38,716 nt of DNA from Nitrososphaeraceae archaeon (GTDB lineage Archaea > Thermoproteota > Nitrososphaeria > Nitrososphaerales > Nitrososphaeraceae): assembly GCA_044870765.1 (NCBI GenBank), contig JBIOZG010000026.1:1-38716 (forward strand), given 5' to 3'. Under the pieces are notes generated by a model, which was given only the letters and a program-made list of their open reading frames with translations, searched no databases and was not told the DNA's origin. Shown one piece after another: positions 28,028 through 36,376 of this stretch (position 1 is its first letter; the number at the start of each line of letters is the position of its first letter). A program made the translations under genes and the position numbers.

Positions 28028-28435
28028 CTAGTCTTTTAGATTCCTCTTATACGAAATTAGATGCTTCATAACTGCTGAACGAAGATCCTTTAACCGAATA
28101 GGTTTTTGTAGAAAGTCATTTATGATATCCGCTTTCGTATATTCTTGAAATAATTTATCATCTATTTCGAATGCAGTCATAAGTAACGTTCTTACTAGAG
28201 GATTTTCTTTCTTAACTTTCTTTAAGAATTCTATACCGCAAAGGCTTGGCATTCTCAAATCAGAAATTATTAAGAAGTATGTATCCTTGTTGGTTATGAA
28301 ATGTTCTAGAGCGATGAAGGGATCGGTAAATGTAAATATCAAGATATCATTAATACCACTAAGGCATTCTCTAAATAAATTCACGATGTCTAATTCATCA
28401 TCCACTATAGCAACTAGCCACTTCTTAGTCACCAA
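28028..28435 (-). CDS. Stand-alone response regulator receiver
   Basis: IVDDE, ISDLRMP (phospho-Asp), MTA and KP motifs. Confidence 0.92.
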   Translation of the reverse strand: MVTKKWLVAIVDDELDIVNLFRECLSGINDILIFTFTDPFIALEHFITNKDTYFLIISDLRMPSLCGIEFLKKVKKENPLVRTLLMTAFEIDDKLFQEYTKADIINDFLQKPIRLKDLRSAVMKHLISYKRNLKD

Positions 28436-28851
28436 AAAATCAATAACCTTCTACCAAACCTTGTTTATTCCCTGGATTGTCATATAATATATCGAAGTAC
28501 ATGTTAATAAACAATAAAATACGCAGGTAGAGCAGCTCTCCTCTCTAATTAATCTTAACTAATGAGGATAGTCAAGGACGAATTAATAATTTCATGAACT
28601 TTTCGATCGTTATGAAAATTCAGAAATTGGCTTAAACTCTGACGACACTTAATTTCTATAATTGAGATAACAAAAAAGTCCTACAAGTCACTTATGTGAA
28701 ATGTCTTGCAGTACTTACACAAATCATCATCAACAATATCAGATTATGTTAGATACAATCTAATCTGTATTAAATGATGATGGCCTTTAAATTAAGATGT
28801 CAAGTTATAAAATGACACAATTAGTTCATACGTTCAGGAGTTTGGTCCTAA

Positions 28852-29013
28852 ATGAAAGGTACAAAATCTCAATCAAATGAAAAAGATGTTATTATTAAAG
28901 GAACTGCCACAGTAAATGGTGGGATTACTTGTGGAGAATGTGTGGAAAACAAGCATTCGGAATGCAGTATTGCTGACTGCCTATGCGCTAAAACAAATCA
29001 TGTTGTTAGCTAA
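28852..29013 (+). CDS. 53-aa Cys/His microprotein (not in ORF track)
   Basis: MKGTKSQSNEKDVIIKGTATVNGGITCGECVENKHSECSIADCLCAKTNHVVS* (CxxC-x4-H-xx-C-x4-CxC-x4-H). Confidence 0.7.
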   Translation: MKGTKSQSNEKDVIIKGTATVNGGITCGECVENKHSECSIADCLCAKTNHVVS

Positions 29014-29081
29014 ATGATGATTGCTCAGCACCACCCACTCAAATCTGAAATCGATATATACAATTATGGGTTTAGCATATT

Positions 29082-29327
29082 ATGAATAGTGTTAATCATT
29101 CTGCTTCAGAAATAGGCAATCAGGAAGATACGAATTGGCCCCAGGTTGTAGATAATATATTTAACAATATTACGGGGAAAAATATGGAAGTAACATATGA
29201 CTTTGATAACTTACAAATTAACCTGCCTAAAGTAACGGGCCCCGATGGTATTTTGGTTGGCAGTGCTAAATGTGAAATAAACGGCAAGTTCTTGATATCC
29301 ACCAGGCTTCAAGATAACGCAGAGTAA
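29082..29327 (+). CDS. Hypothetical protein
   Basis: 81-aa ORF, GKNMEVTYDFDNLQINLPKVTGPDG. Function unknown. Confidence 0.7.
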   Translation: MNSVNHSASEIGNQEDTNWPQVVDNIFNNITGKNMEVTYDFDNLQINLPKVTGPDGILVGSAKCEINGKFLISTRLQDNAE

Positions 29328-29574
29328 CTCACTAAAAAAACAAGTTGTTTACCTCACTGAGATATCTTTATTCTTTATTGTCCATTTTTTTATAAAAACC
29401 TTACCGGTGAAGTAAATATTTTTCCCAATTACCGCTAAACAAATTGCCACCGGGTACATTTTTACTATTATTAGATACTTTTAAAAAATGGAGATTAGAG
29501 TCTACACTTTTGTCATTACATTTGACTTAAATTTTTCATAACTCCCTTCGATGGTTGTCCTGGCTTTAAAGTAT

Positions 29575-29616
29575 GTCAACAAATTATTGACGGGTCAAAT
29601 TTGACTAATATAAATA
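29575..29616 (+). promoter_or_regulatory. GTCAA/TTGAC palindromes next to a TATA box
   Basis: gtcaa-N7-ttgac (29575-29591), gtcaaatttgac (29594-29605), tataaata (29609-29616), ATG 29639. Confidence 0.5.
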
Positions 29617-29638
29617 ACATGTTAATCATAAAAATACT

Positions 29639-30019
29639 ATGAGCACTAAGGCAAAGAGTACTAAGAGGAATACTAAGGCGAGAAGTGCTAAAAAGAGTAC
29701 TAATGTGAGCACTAAGGCAAAGAGTACTAAGAGGAATACTAAGGCGAGAAGTGCTAAAAAGAGTACTAATGTGAGCACTAAGGCAAGGGATTCGGGAGCG
29801 AAGAAAGGGGCCCGTAGTTCAGGTACACTAAAAGGCGGTACTGAAGTAGGAATTGAAAAAGGCGATAGCACTGTAGGTAGGTTAAAGATCGGTGGCGAAG
29901 CAGGTCTAGAAAGCGATTATTCCTCAGGTGAATTTAAGGAGGGAGCGGAAGATGTCTTCGGTAGCATCAAATCAGGACTTAAGGCTGCAAAGAAAAAAAT
30001 TTCTGATATTTATGACTAA
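29639..30019 (+). CDS. Basic K/S/T/A/R-rich repeat protein (histone H1-like composition) with acidic/Gly C-terminus
   Basis: STKAKSTKRNTKARSAKKSTNV x2. TATA at the expected spacing. Confidence 0.75.
   Translation: MSTKAKSTKRNTKARSAKKSTNVSTKAKSTKRNTKARSAKKSTNVSTKARDSGAKKGARSSGTLKGGTEVGIEKGDSTVGRLKIGGEAGLESDYSSGEFKEGAEDVFGSIKSGLKAAKKKISDIYD
29641..29786 (+). repeat. Perfect 66-bp tandem repeat (2.2 copies)
   Basis: 29641-29706 = 29707-29772, followed by a partial third copy. Confidence 0.95.
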
Positions 30020-30284
30020 TCTGCAATCGAAGTATTTATCCTGCTGACCGTCTAAAAGTTCGCCATCCTTTCCATTTTTATCAAGTTCTTTTACCGAGTG
30101 GTGACTAGATTATTATTGGATTTAATTATTAATTCATGGCTGTGGATACACGACTACTATCATTATCTGTCCCACCTTACCTGTGTAAAATTTACAAGCT
30201 TCTAACAATTTTTTTAAATATTCTAAACAACATAATTTGAAGTTTTGTTACTAAGTAAAATTAACGCTCTAGTTACCATTATCG

Positions 30285-32162
30285 TCAGTTGTTATCGTCA
30301 TTGTTGTCTATATTAGATATTTCGTTCCTGTAAAAGTTTGGATCCTCAGAACAGTTCACTATTTCCTGATCAGCCAGATTATCTCCTATTTTTCCTGCTA
30401 GGTCAATACAATCTTGCGTTTCTTGGTCAGCTCCTTGATAAGCACCTGAATCTTGGAAAGCATTCAAGGAAATGTCTTCAATATCTACAACGTGATTTTT
30501 TATATCATCAACAAGGTCATCGAGATTCTCATACCTTTCAGGATTATTTGTGTTAGCATTGGACGGTTGGTCATTATTGTTGGTTTGATTATTAGATGAC
30601 TGAGTATTAGATGACTGAGTATTAGATGACTGAGTATTAGATGACTGAGTATTGTCAGAAGTTGAAGTAACGTCGGGTCCATTCTGCATCGATTTTGATA
30701 CAAATTGTTTGGCTTCAGCTTCTGTGAATTTTCCTGTTTTCACAAGTTTATTAATCAAATTGGTCTCTTTACCATCACCACCAGTTGATGTATTACCAGA
30801 AGCTGACACATCCGAAGTTGATGTATCATCATCACCACCACCACCAGTTGATGTATTACCAGAAGCTGATACATCCGAAGTTGATGTATCATCATCATCA
30901 TCACCAGTTGATGTATTACCAGAAGCTGATACATCCGAAGTTGATACACTATTGAAAGAACCATACACCTTTTTGACTGTATCTTCTAAGATACCAAAGT
31001 ACTTGGTGGGAACTAATTTGCCACTCTCATCATTAACCAAGTTAAAGCTGGCCGTATCTGCATCCCTATAATCCCACTTCCAAAAAGCCGTCCCCCAAAC
31101 CCCTTCTTTCTTAAAAGCCTCTAGTATCTTTCCGGCATTAGAATTTGTAAAATCGCTAGCGCCTGGGTTGATTTTGAACACTCCACCCTCTTTTGTCCTT
31201 ACAACGTTATTCCACTCACCTATGTATAACGGTACTCCAGTTAGATCCCTTGTATCCAAAAACAAGTCAAATCTCTCTTTTTGGTAGTCATCTCTATCAG
31301 GAACTCCATACACACTTATTTTGAAAGCGGTGTTCTGCTTAGAAGAAGGTGCCATTTTTGCCAAGTTTTGTGGTGAAATGTTAATGTTGCTATTCAAGTC
31401 AACCGGAACATTCATGCTGTAGACTATCGTTTTACTAGTGATATCTCTCAACTCTTCAGTAATAAAGCTATTAAATTTTCCTATTTTAGACCATTGATCT
31501 GTATTATCAACGTGAGGCTCGCTTAGTATTTCGTACCCCAAGGTACTTGAATGATTATCGACTGCCAATACTATTTTCTTTAGATATTCTGCCATTAGTG
31601 TCCAACCATCTTTTCCCTCATTATCTTTCACAGATCTGTCCCACCAGTCCTTCCAAAAGACCTGAGCACCTTTATCAGGAGTGTTACCGCCACCGCCTTT
31701 GGAATATTTTGAATCTTCAAACAGAGACCAAGGAAAACCTGTTCCTATGTCTTCAAGCCAGGAAGAAGTATGCCATTGATGGTTGTCATAAATGACTTTC
31801 ACTCCATACTTATCTCCTGCTTTCGCTACTGATTCTATTTCCTTCATGAAGGCTTTGGGGTCCCTTTCAAAAGCCTCCCAATAGAACAAGAATCTAGCAT
31901 GATCCAAACCAGCTTTAGAAATCATTTTTAAACTATCATCAATGTAATCTTCTGGAGCTTCAGGTGAACCGTTATCATGCTGTTTCATATTAACAAAAGC
32001 CCCTTTCATGACAACCCCGTTTATGGGTTGGCTGCTAGTCATTTTGGTTGTCGATGCATATGAACCCAATGAAGTAGCACTGATAAGGACGGCAACTAGA
32101 AGAAAGCTCAAAATTATCCTGGTACTTGCTAAAATCAAAACAATACTTATTAGAATTGTCAA
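30285..32162 (-). CDS. Secreted GH5 (cellulase family, clan GH-A)-like glycoside hydrolase with low-complexity stalk
   Basis: Signal/TM, ARFLFYWEAFE, IYDNHQ, GYEILSEP (acid/base Glu), PLYIGEW (nucleophile Glu), GTAFWKW. Confidence 0.8.
   Translation of the reverse strand: MTILISIVLILASTRIILSFLLVAVLISATSLGSYASTTKMTSSQPINGVVMKGAFVNMKQHDNGSPEAPEDYIDDSLKMISKAGLDHARFLFYWEAFERDPKAFMKEIESVAKAGDKYGVKVIYDNHQWHTSSWLEDIGTGFPWSLFEDSKYSKGGGGNTPDKGAQVFWKDWWDRSVKDNEGKDGWTLMAEYLKKIVLAVDNHSSTLGYEILSEPHVDNTDQWSKIGKFNSFITEELRDITSKTIVYSMNVPVDLNSNINISPQNLAKMAPSSKQNTAFKISVYGVPDRDDYQKERFDLFLDTRDLTGVPLYIGEWNNVVRTKEGGVFKINPGASDFTNSNAGKILEAFKKEGVWGTAFWKWDYRDADTASFNLVNDESGKLVPTKYFGILEDTVKKVYGSFNSVSTSDVSASGNTSTGDDDDDTSTSDVSASGNTSTGGGGDDDTSTSDVSASGNTSTGGDGKETNLINKLVKTGKFTEAEAKQFVSKSMQNGPDVTSTSDNTQSSNTQSSNTQSSNTQSSNNQTNNNDQPSNANTNNPERYENLDDLVDDIKNHVVDIEDISLNAFQDSGAYQGADQETQDCIDLAGKIGDNLADQEIVNCSEDPNFYRNEISNIDNNDDNN
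30591..30650. repeat. 15-bp tandem repeat x4 (NTQSS)
   Basis: attagatgactgagt x4. Confidence 0.95.
30781..30946. repeat. 60-63-bp tandem repeat x3 (STSDVSASGNTSTG)
   Basis: ccagttgatgtattaccagaagctga at 30781, 30844 and 30904. Confidence 0.95.
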
Positions 32163-32522
32163 AATGATTTAATATGTATTACTGATTAGCTATTCAGGAT
32201 TTTGTATGACGTTCTAATTGATATATTGTCGAAACTCGAATTTTTGAACGTAGAATTTAGAATTATTGCAAATAATCAATTAATTAATCCTGATTACGTA
32301 CAGCGTATTGTAAAATCAAATTATCAAAGTAACGGTCAAAGGTACCATTAATTATAATGTCGTCCGAATATAGCCCAAGAGCAATTACTCTTCCTTTTTG
32401 ATAATTTAGCTCATAGGTTGCAACTACTGCACTACCGATTTTGTTAGAGTTTTAATTGTGAGCGAACCAGTTAGTCTGGCTTTCGGAAAAGTATCTATAA
32501 TCAAAGTTACAACCAAGTCTCT

Positions 32523-33155
32523 ATGACTAGCGGCTGGCTCTCTTGGGTGCGTGCAAATGATGTTGAAATTATGACCTTATTGCAAAACCAAGCAAGTATT
32601 TTAGTGAAGGCAGCATCTGTTCTATCTGAATCAATAAGCGATTTTAGCACATTAAAGGAAAATAATCTTACATTAAAAAATTTAGAACAGGAAGGCGATC
32701 AACTTACTCACAAGCTATTTACAATAATAGACAAGACATTCATCACCCCGCTTGACAAGGAAGACATCTCCGAATTGACAAGTGCCATAGACCAGGTGCT
32801 TGATTCGACTTATGGTACTTCTGACAAACTAGTCCTTTTTAAGATTCAAAAGCCATCTCTTCATTTACAGGAATTAGTTACTCTATTGGTAACAGCAACC
32901 GAAGGAATCTACAAAGGCGTGTCCGAATTACATAAGGGTAAGCGAGAGAAACTATTGACACACTCGAAAGCAATTAGCAAGTGTGAACATGATGGAGATA
33001 GTGTTTATCGTCTTGCAATTGCCAATTTGTTTGAAACGCACGATGCAATAGACATTATAAAATTGAAGGAAGTTTACGAAACACTGGAGAATGCGCTGGA
33101 CAGGTCTAGAGATGTTGCTGACGCTATAGAAGACGTCGCTTTAAAATATCGCTGA
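32523..33155 (+). CDS. DUF47 (PhoU-like) phosphate transport regulator
   Basis: LEQEGD...TFITPLDKEDI...CEHDGD...LENALDR. Directly upstream of pit. Confidence 0.92.
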   Translation: MTSGWLSWVRANDVEIMTLLQNQASILVKAASVLSESISDFSTLKENNLTLKNLEQEGDQLTHKLFTIIDKTFITPLDKEDISELTSAIDQVLDSTYGTSDKLVLFKIQKPSLHLQELVTLLVTATEGIYKGVSELHKGKREKLLTHSKAISKCEHDGDSVYRLAIANLFETHDAIDIIKLKEVYETLENALDRSRDVADAIEDVALKYR

Positions 33156-33163
33156 GGATAAGT

Positions 33164-34165
33164 TTGCTTCCAATTGAAGTCTCAGTCTACATTGCTATTT
33201 CGGCTGCCCTCTTCTTTGATTTTGTAAATGGTTTTCATGACTCAGCTAACGCTATTGCAACGGTAGTAGGCACTCGAGTACTCAGACCACTATATGCCGT
33301 AGGGATCGCAGCTGTCGCCAATTTTGCTGGCCCTTTCATCTTCGGTACTGCGGTAGCTCATACTGTTGGAAAAGGAATCATACAACCCTCATTTTCTACA
33401 GTCGACGTCATATTTGCAGGTTTAATAGGGGCCATAATATGGGATCTTGTTACTTGGTATTTCGGACTTCCGTCTTCCAGCAGTCATGCGTTAATTGGTG
33501 GCTTAATAGGCTCAGCATTACTTGCAGGAGGAACATCAGCTCTAGTTTTGCCTGGCATAGAAAAGACATTAACTTTTATAGTGATATCTCCTACTCTTGG
33601 ATTTTGTACCGCATTTGGTATCGCAATAATTATCATGTATTTATTCAGGAGGTATACTGCTTCATATGTAAACAAGATTTTTGGCCGTCTTCAAATTTGT
33701 TCTTCAATTTTTTTCTCCTTAACACATGGTGCTAACGACGGGCAAAAAACAATGGGAGTTATAACAGCCTTGTTGATTTCAGGTGGTATGCTTGACTCTA
33801 CCTCATTCTCGGTTCCCACCGAAGTAATATTTGCCTCTGCTATAGCGATTGCACTTGGGACATTCTTTGGAGGTTGGAGAATAGTTAAAACCATGGCTTT
33901 CAAGTTAACTAGTCTGCGTCCTTATCAGGGTTTTTGTGCTGAAACAGGAGGAGGTGTCATATTGACGTCTATGGCATGGCTAGGTATTCCTGTTAGTACT
34001 ACTCACGCAATCGCTGGTGCTATAATGGGGGTAGGTGCTACAAAAAGGCTTTCGGCAGTAAGATGGGGAGTTGGCAAGAGAATAGTTTATGCCTGGATTA
34101 TCACTATACCAGCCAGTGCTGCGGTTGCAGCACTAGTATTAGAAATAATGAAGATATTCGTCTAG
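33164..34165 (+). CDS. pit: Inorganic phosphate transporter (PiT family)
   Basis: NGFHDSANAIAT, GLPSSSSHALIGG, HGANDGQK, GIPVSTTH. Confidence 0.95.
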   Translation: MLPIEVSVYIAISAALFFDFVNGFHDSANAIATVVGTRVLRPLYAVGIAAVANFAGPFIFGTAVAHTVGKGIIQPSFSTVDVIFAGLIGAIIWDLVTWYFGLPSSSSHALIGGLIGSALLAGGTSALVLPGIEKTLTFIVISPTLGFCTAFGIAIIIMYLFRRYTASYVNKIFGRLQICSSIFFSLTHGANDGQKTMGVITALLISGGMLDSTSFSVPTEVIFASAIAIALGTFFGGWRIVKTMAFKLTSLRPYQGFCAETGGGVILTSMAWLGIPVSTTHAIAGAIMGVGATKRLSAVRWGVGKRIVYAWIITIPASAAVAALVLEIMKIFV

Positions 34166-34180
34166 TACCCCAAAAGAAAA

Positions 34181-34259
34181 TACAGTCCTAGGATGGGAAA
34201 TAATCTTGATGGTAAAATTAAGTGCAAGGTACAGCTCTAATACCCTAACTAGGACTGTA
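34181..34259. mobile_element. MITE-like element with terminal inverted repeats and TA flanks
   Basis: ta-cagtcctag ...57 nt... ctaggactg-ta, between convergent genes. Confidence 0.4.
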
Positions 34260-34278
34260 AAGTCTGAAAAATCAAGTC

Positions 34279-34563
34279 TCATGCTTTCTCATTTATTGGT
34301 TCATCTAAATTTGACTTCCTTTTATTAAATAGTCTTACCACGTCTATTAACTGCCAGAGCCAAAAACCACCGCCCAAGACAACACCAAGAACAAGACTTA
34401 ATGGAAAGGGAACAAGCAATGCCACACTCAGCCAAATGGCTATTCGAGCAATCAAAATTACTATTCCGCGTTTTTTATATCCTAGATATATGTGTCCAAG
34501 TCCTGCGAATACTACTGCTAAAACAATTGTTACTGCTAGACTCTTCGCCATTTGTATTAGCAT
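34279..34563 (-). CDS. Small membrane protein (TM2-like)
   Basis: LAVVFAGLGHIYLGYKKRGI...WLWQLIDV. Confidence 0.8.
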   Translation of the reverse strand: MLIQMAKSLAVTIVLAVVFAGLGHIYLGYKKRGIVILIARIAIWLSVALLVPFPLSLVLGVVLGGGFWLWQLIDVVRLFNKRKSNLDEPINEKA

Positions 34564-34769
34564 CTCTCATTTGTTAGTGTAGCTTTTGATTTTGAATTCA
34601 ATCTGTTTCACTTTGTATCTCTGTTGCATTCATTTTAATGTTCGTAGTTCACTTTTAAGAACAATTGATATGACAGAACTAAATACTTTCTTAATTTGGT
34701 AACAAACATTTTCAGGAAATTACAATTCTAACTTCCATGTAATGATCTCCTTCTCGTTTCCGCGTAATT

Positions 34770-35078
34770 TCAGTTTTTAACAACCAGAATCAGCTTATTA
34801 TTGAATTCGAGTGCTAATGAATTTTGTTTTAACCTAATACGAATCTTATTGGCATATTCTATAACATGTCGTTCTTCTATTATTTCTGTGTGAACTTCTA
34901 ACCGCATGTACTTTACGGGTTCAAATTTTCCTTCAAAATAGCCGTCTAATTCTATCAATGACACGCTCCCAAATCGGGAAACTATTTCCTTTACAACATC
35001 CATATAACCCTCGGTCCGAGGCAAATAGAATTTAATTGAATGTGGCAATACTTTGGTAATGTAGGATTCTTCGACCAT
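34770..35078 (-). CDS. Hypothetical protein (possible ferredoxin/PII-like fold)
   Basis: 102-aa ORF, IKFYLP...FGSVS...IRIRLKQNSLALEFN. Confidence 0.7.
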   Translation of the reverse strand: MVEESYITKVLPHSIKFYLPRTEGYMDVVKEIVSRFGSVSLIELDGYFEGKFEPVKYMRLEVHTEIIEERHVIEYANKIRIRLKQNSLALEFNNKLILVVKN

Positions 35079-35125
35079 GTACTTAACATAGGAAACATTC
35101 TATCTAATAATTTCTTAATTTGACC

Positions 35126-35169
35126 TCACAATTCAATATCAGGGCTTTCACAATTCAATATCAGGTCTT
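35126..35169. repeat. 22-bp tandem direct repeat in the divergent promoter of ku
   Basis: tcacaattcaatatcagggctt / tcacaattcaatatcaggtctt. TATA-like ttataatc at 35188-35195. Confidence 0.85.
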
Positions 35170-35216
35170 TCCGTTTTCCTCAAGCCCTTATAATCTTTGT
35201 TGCACTCTAATTTTGT

Positions 35217-36008
35217 ATGGCAGTAAGGAGCTCTTGGCAAGGAAGTATCTCTTTCGGACTTGTGACAATTCCTGTCAAATTGTATACTGCAACAAATAAG
35301 AAAGAATATGTTTTCAATCAGTTATGTAAAAATGGACATAGAATAAGGTACAAAAAATGGTGTCCTGTTGAGGATAGAGAAGTAGACTATTCTGAAATTA
35401 AAAAGGGATACGAGAAAATAAAGGATAACTATATAGTTTTTGAAAAAGACGAATTACAGAAAATTAAATTAAAGACAACTAAAAGCGTCGATATAAAGGA
35501 ATTCATTGATTTTCGTGAACTCGACCCAATTTTCATTCAGGATAGCTATTATGTTGCTACTGATCCTAAAGCTGGAAACGCAAAACCCTATGCTCTTTTG
35601 GTTAAGATACTAAACGATAATAATTTGGTTGCAATAGGTAAAGTAATTCTTAAAGACAAGGAGAGCCTTGTTGCGTTAAGACCCTATCAGAGAGGTCTGG
35701 TTATGCATATTCTAAATTATTTGGACGAGTTAAGAGCGGTCGAAGATATTCCTGAAATGGGAGTCAAGAAAATAAAGCTTGATTCACAAGAGGTATCCCT
35801 AGGAGAAATTCTAGTTCAAAAATACCACAATAAGGAATTCGATATTGGCAAATATTCTGACACATACGTAGAGGAACTACGGAAACTTATTGAGGCGAAA
35901 AGTAAAGGTAAGAAATTCATAACAACGGCACCAAAAGAAACAACGCCAACCAAGGATTTACTTCAAGCCCTCAAGGCAAGTATAGAAACCAAAAAGGAAA
36001 AGACTTGA
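35217..36008 (+). CDS. ku: Ku protein (prokaryotic NHEJ DNA end-binding)
   Basis: RSSWQGSISFGLVTIPVKLYTAT, EIKKGYE, LDPIF, YALL, DLLQALKASI. Confidence 0.95.
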   Translation: MAVRSSWQGSISFGLVTIPVKLYTATNKKEYVFNQLCKNGHRIRYKKWCPVEDREVDYSEIKKGYEKIKDNYIVFEKDELQKIKLKTTKSVDIKEFIDFRELDPIFIQDSYYVATDPKAGNAKPYALLVKILNDNNLVAIGKVILKDKESLVALRPYQRGLVMHILNYLDELRAVEDIPEMGVKKIKLDSQEVSLGEILVQKYHNKEFDIGKYSDTYVEELRKLIEAKSKGKKFITTAPKETTPTKDLLQALKASIETKKEKT

Positions 36009-36376
36009 CAGCAAGGGTAAATGATTATTCTCGATTACATCTCAGTATTATTTTTCTTAAGATTTTCTAATGACAATAAAGTTAATAGATGTGGAAAGGA
36101 TTATTTTTCAATCGTACTTCAAACTAATATCTATACTAATTAGTAACAAACTGTTGATAAATTAAAATGCATGTATCTACCATACCCCAATAGTATTCAA
36201 TAGTAAAAACAATTATTTAATTAAACTAGTGTTCGTTTCGCAAGTGGGTTTAATTTAGTTTAAGGAGAACAGGATCCATTTAGCGCAAATATTTAAAGTT
36301 CTTGCTTTGAGGGCCTGATAAAATGTGCGAATACTAAGCTTCAAAATATATATGACCAGTATCAATTTTAAGCCAA

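Noticed and set aside
29626-29871. Hydrophobic repeat ORF on the minus strand
   Set aside because: Antisense of the Lys-rich repeat gene, which has the promoter.
30500-31071. LILSH, MMMMIHQ and PVDVLPEADT repeat ORFs
   Set aside because: Alternative frames of the tandem repeats inside the GH5 gene.
33811-33823. ggttcccaccgaa match to the dispersed repeat motif at 4338
   Set aside because: It lies inside intact pit coding sequence (SVPTE), and a 13-nt match is plausibly coincidental.
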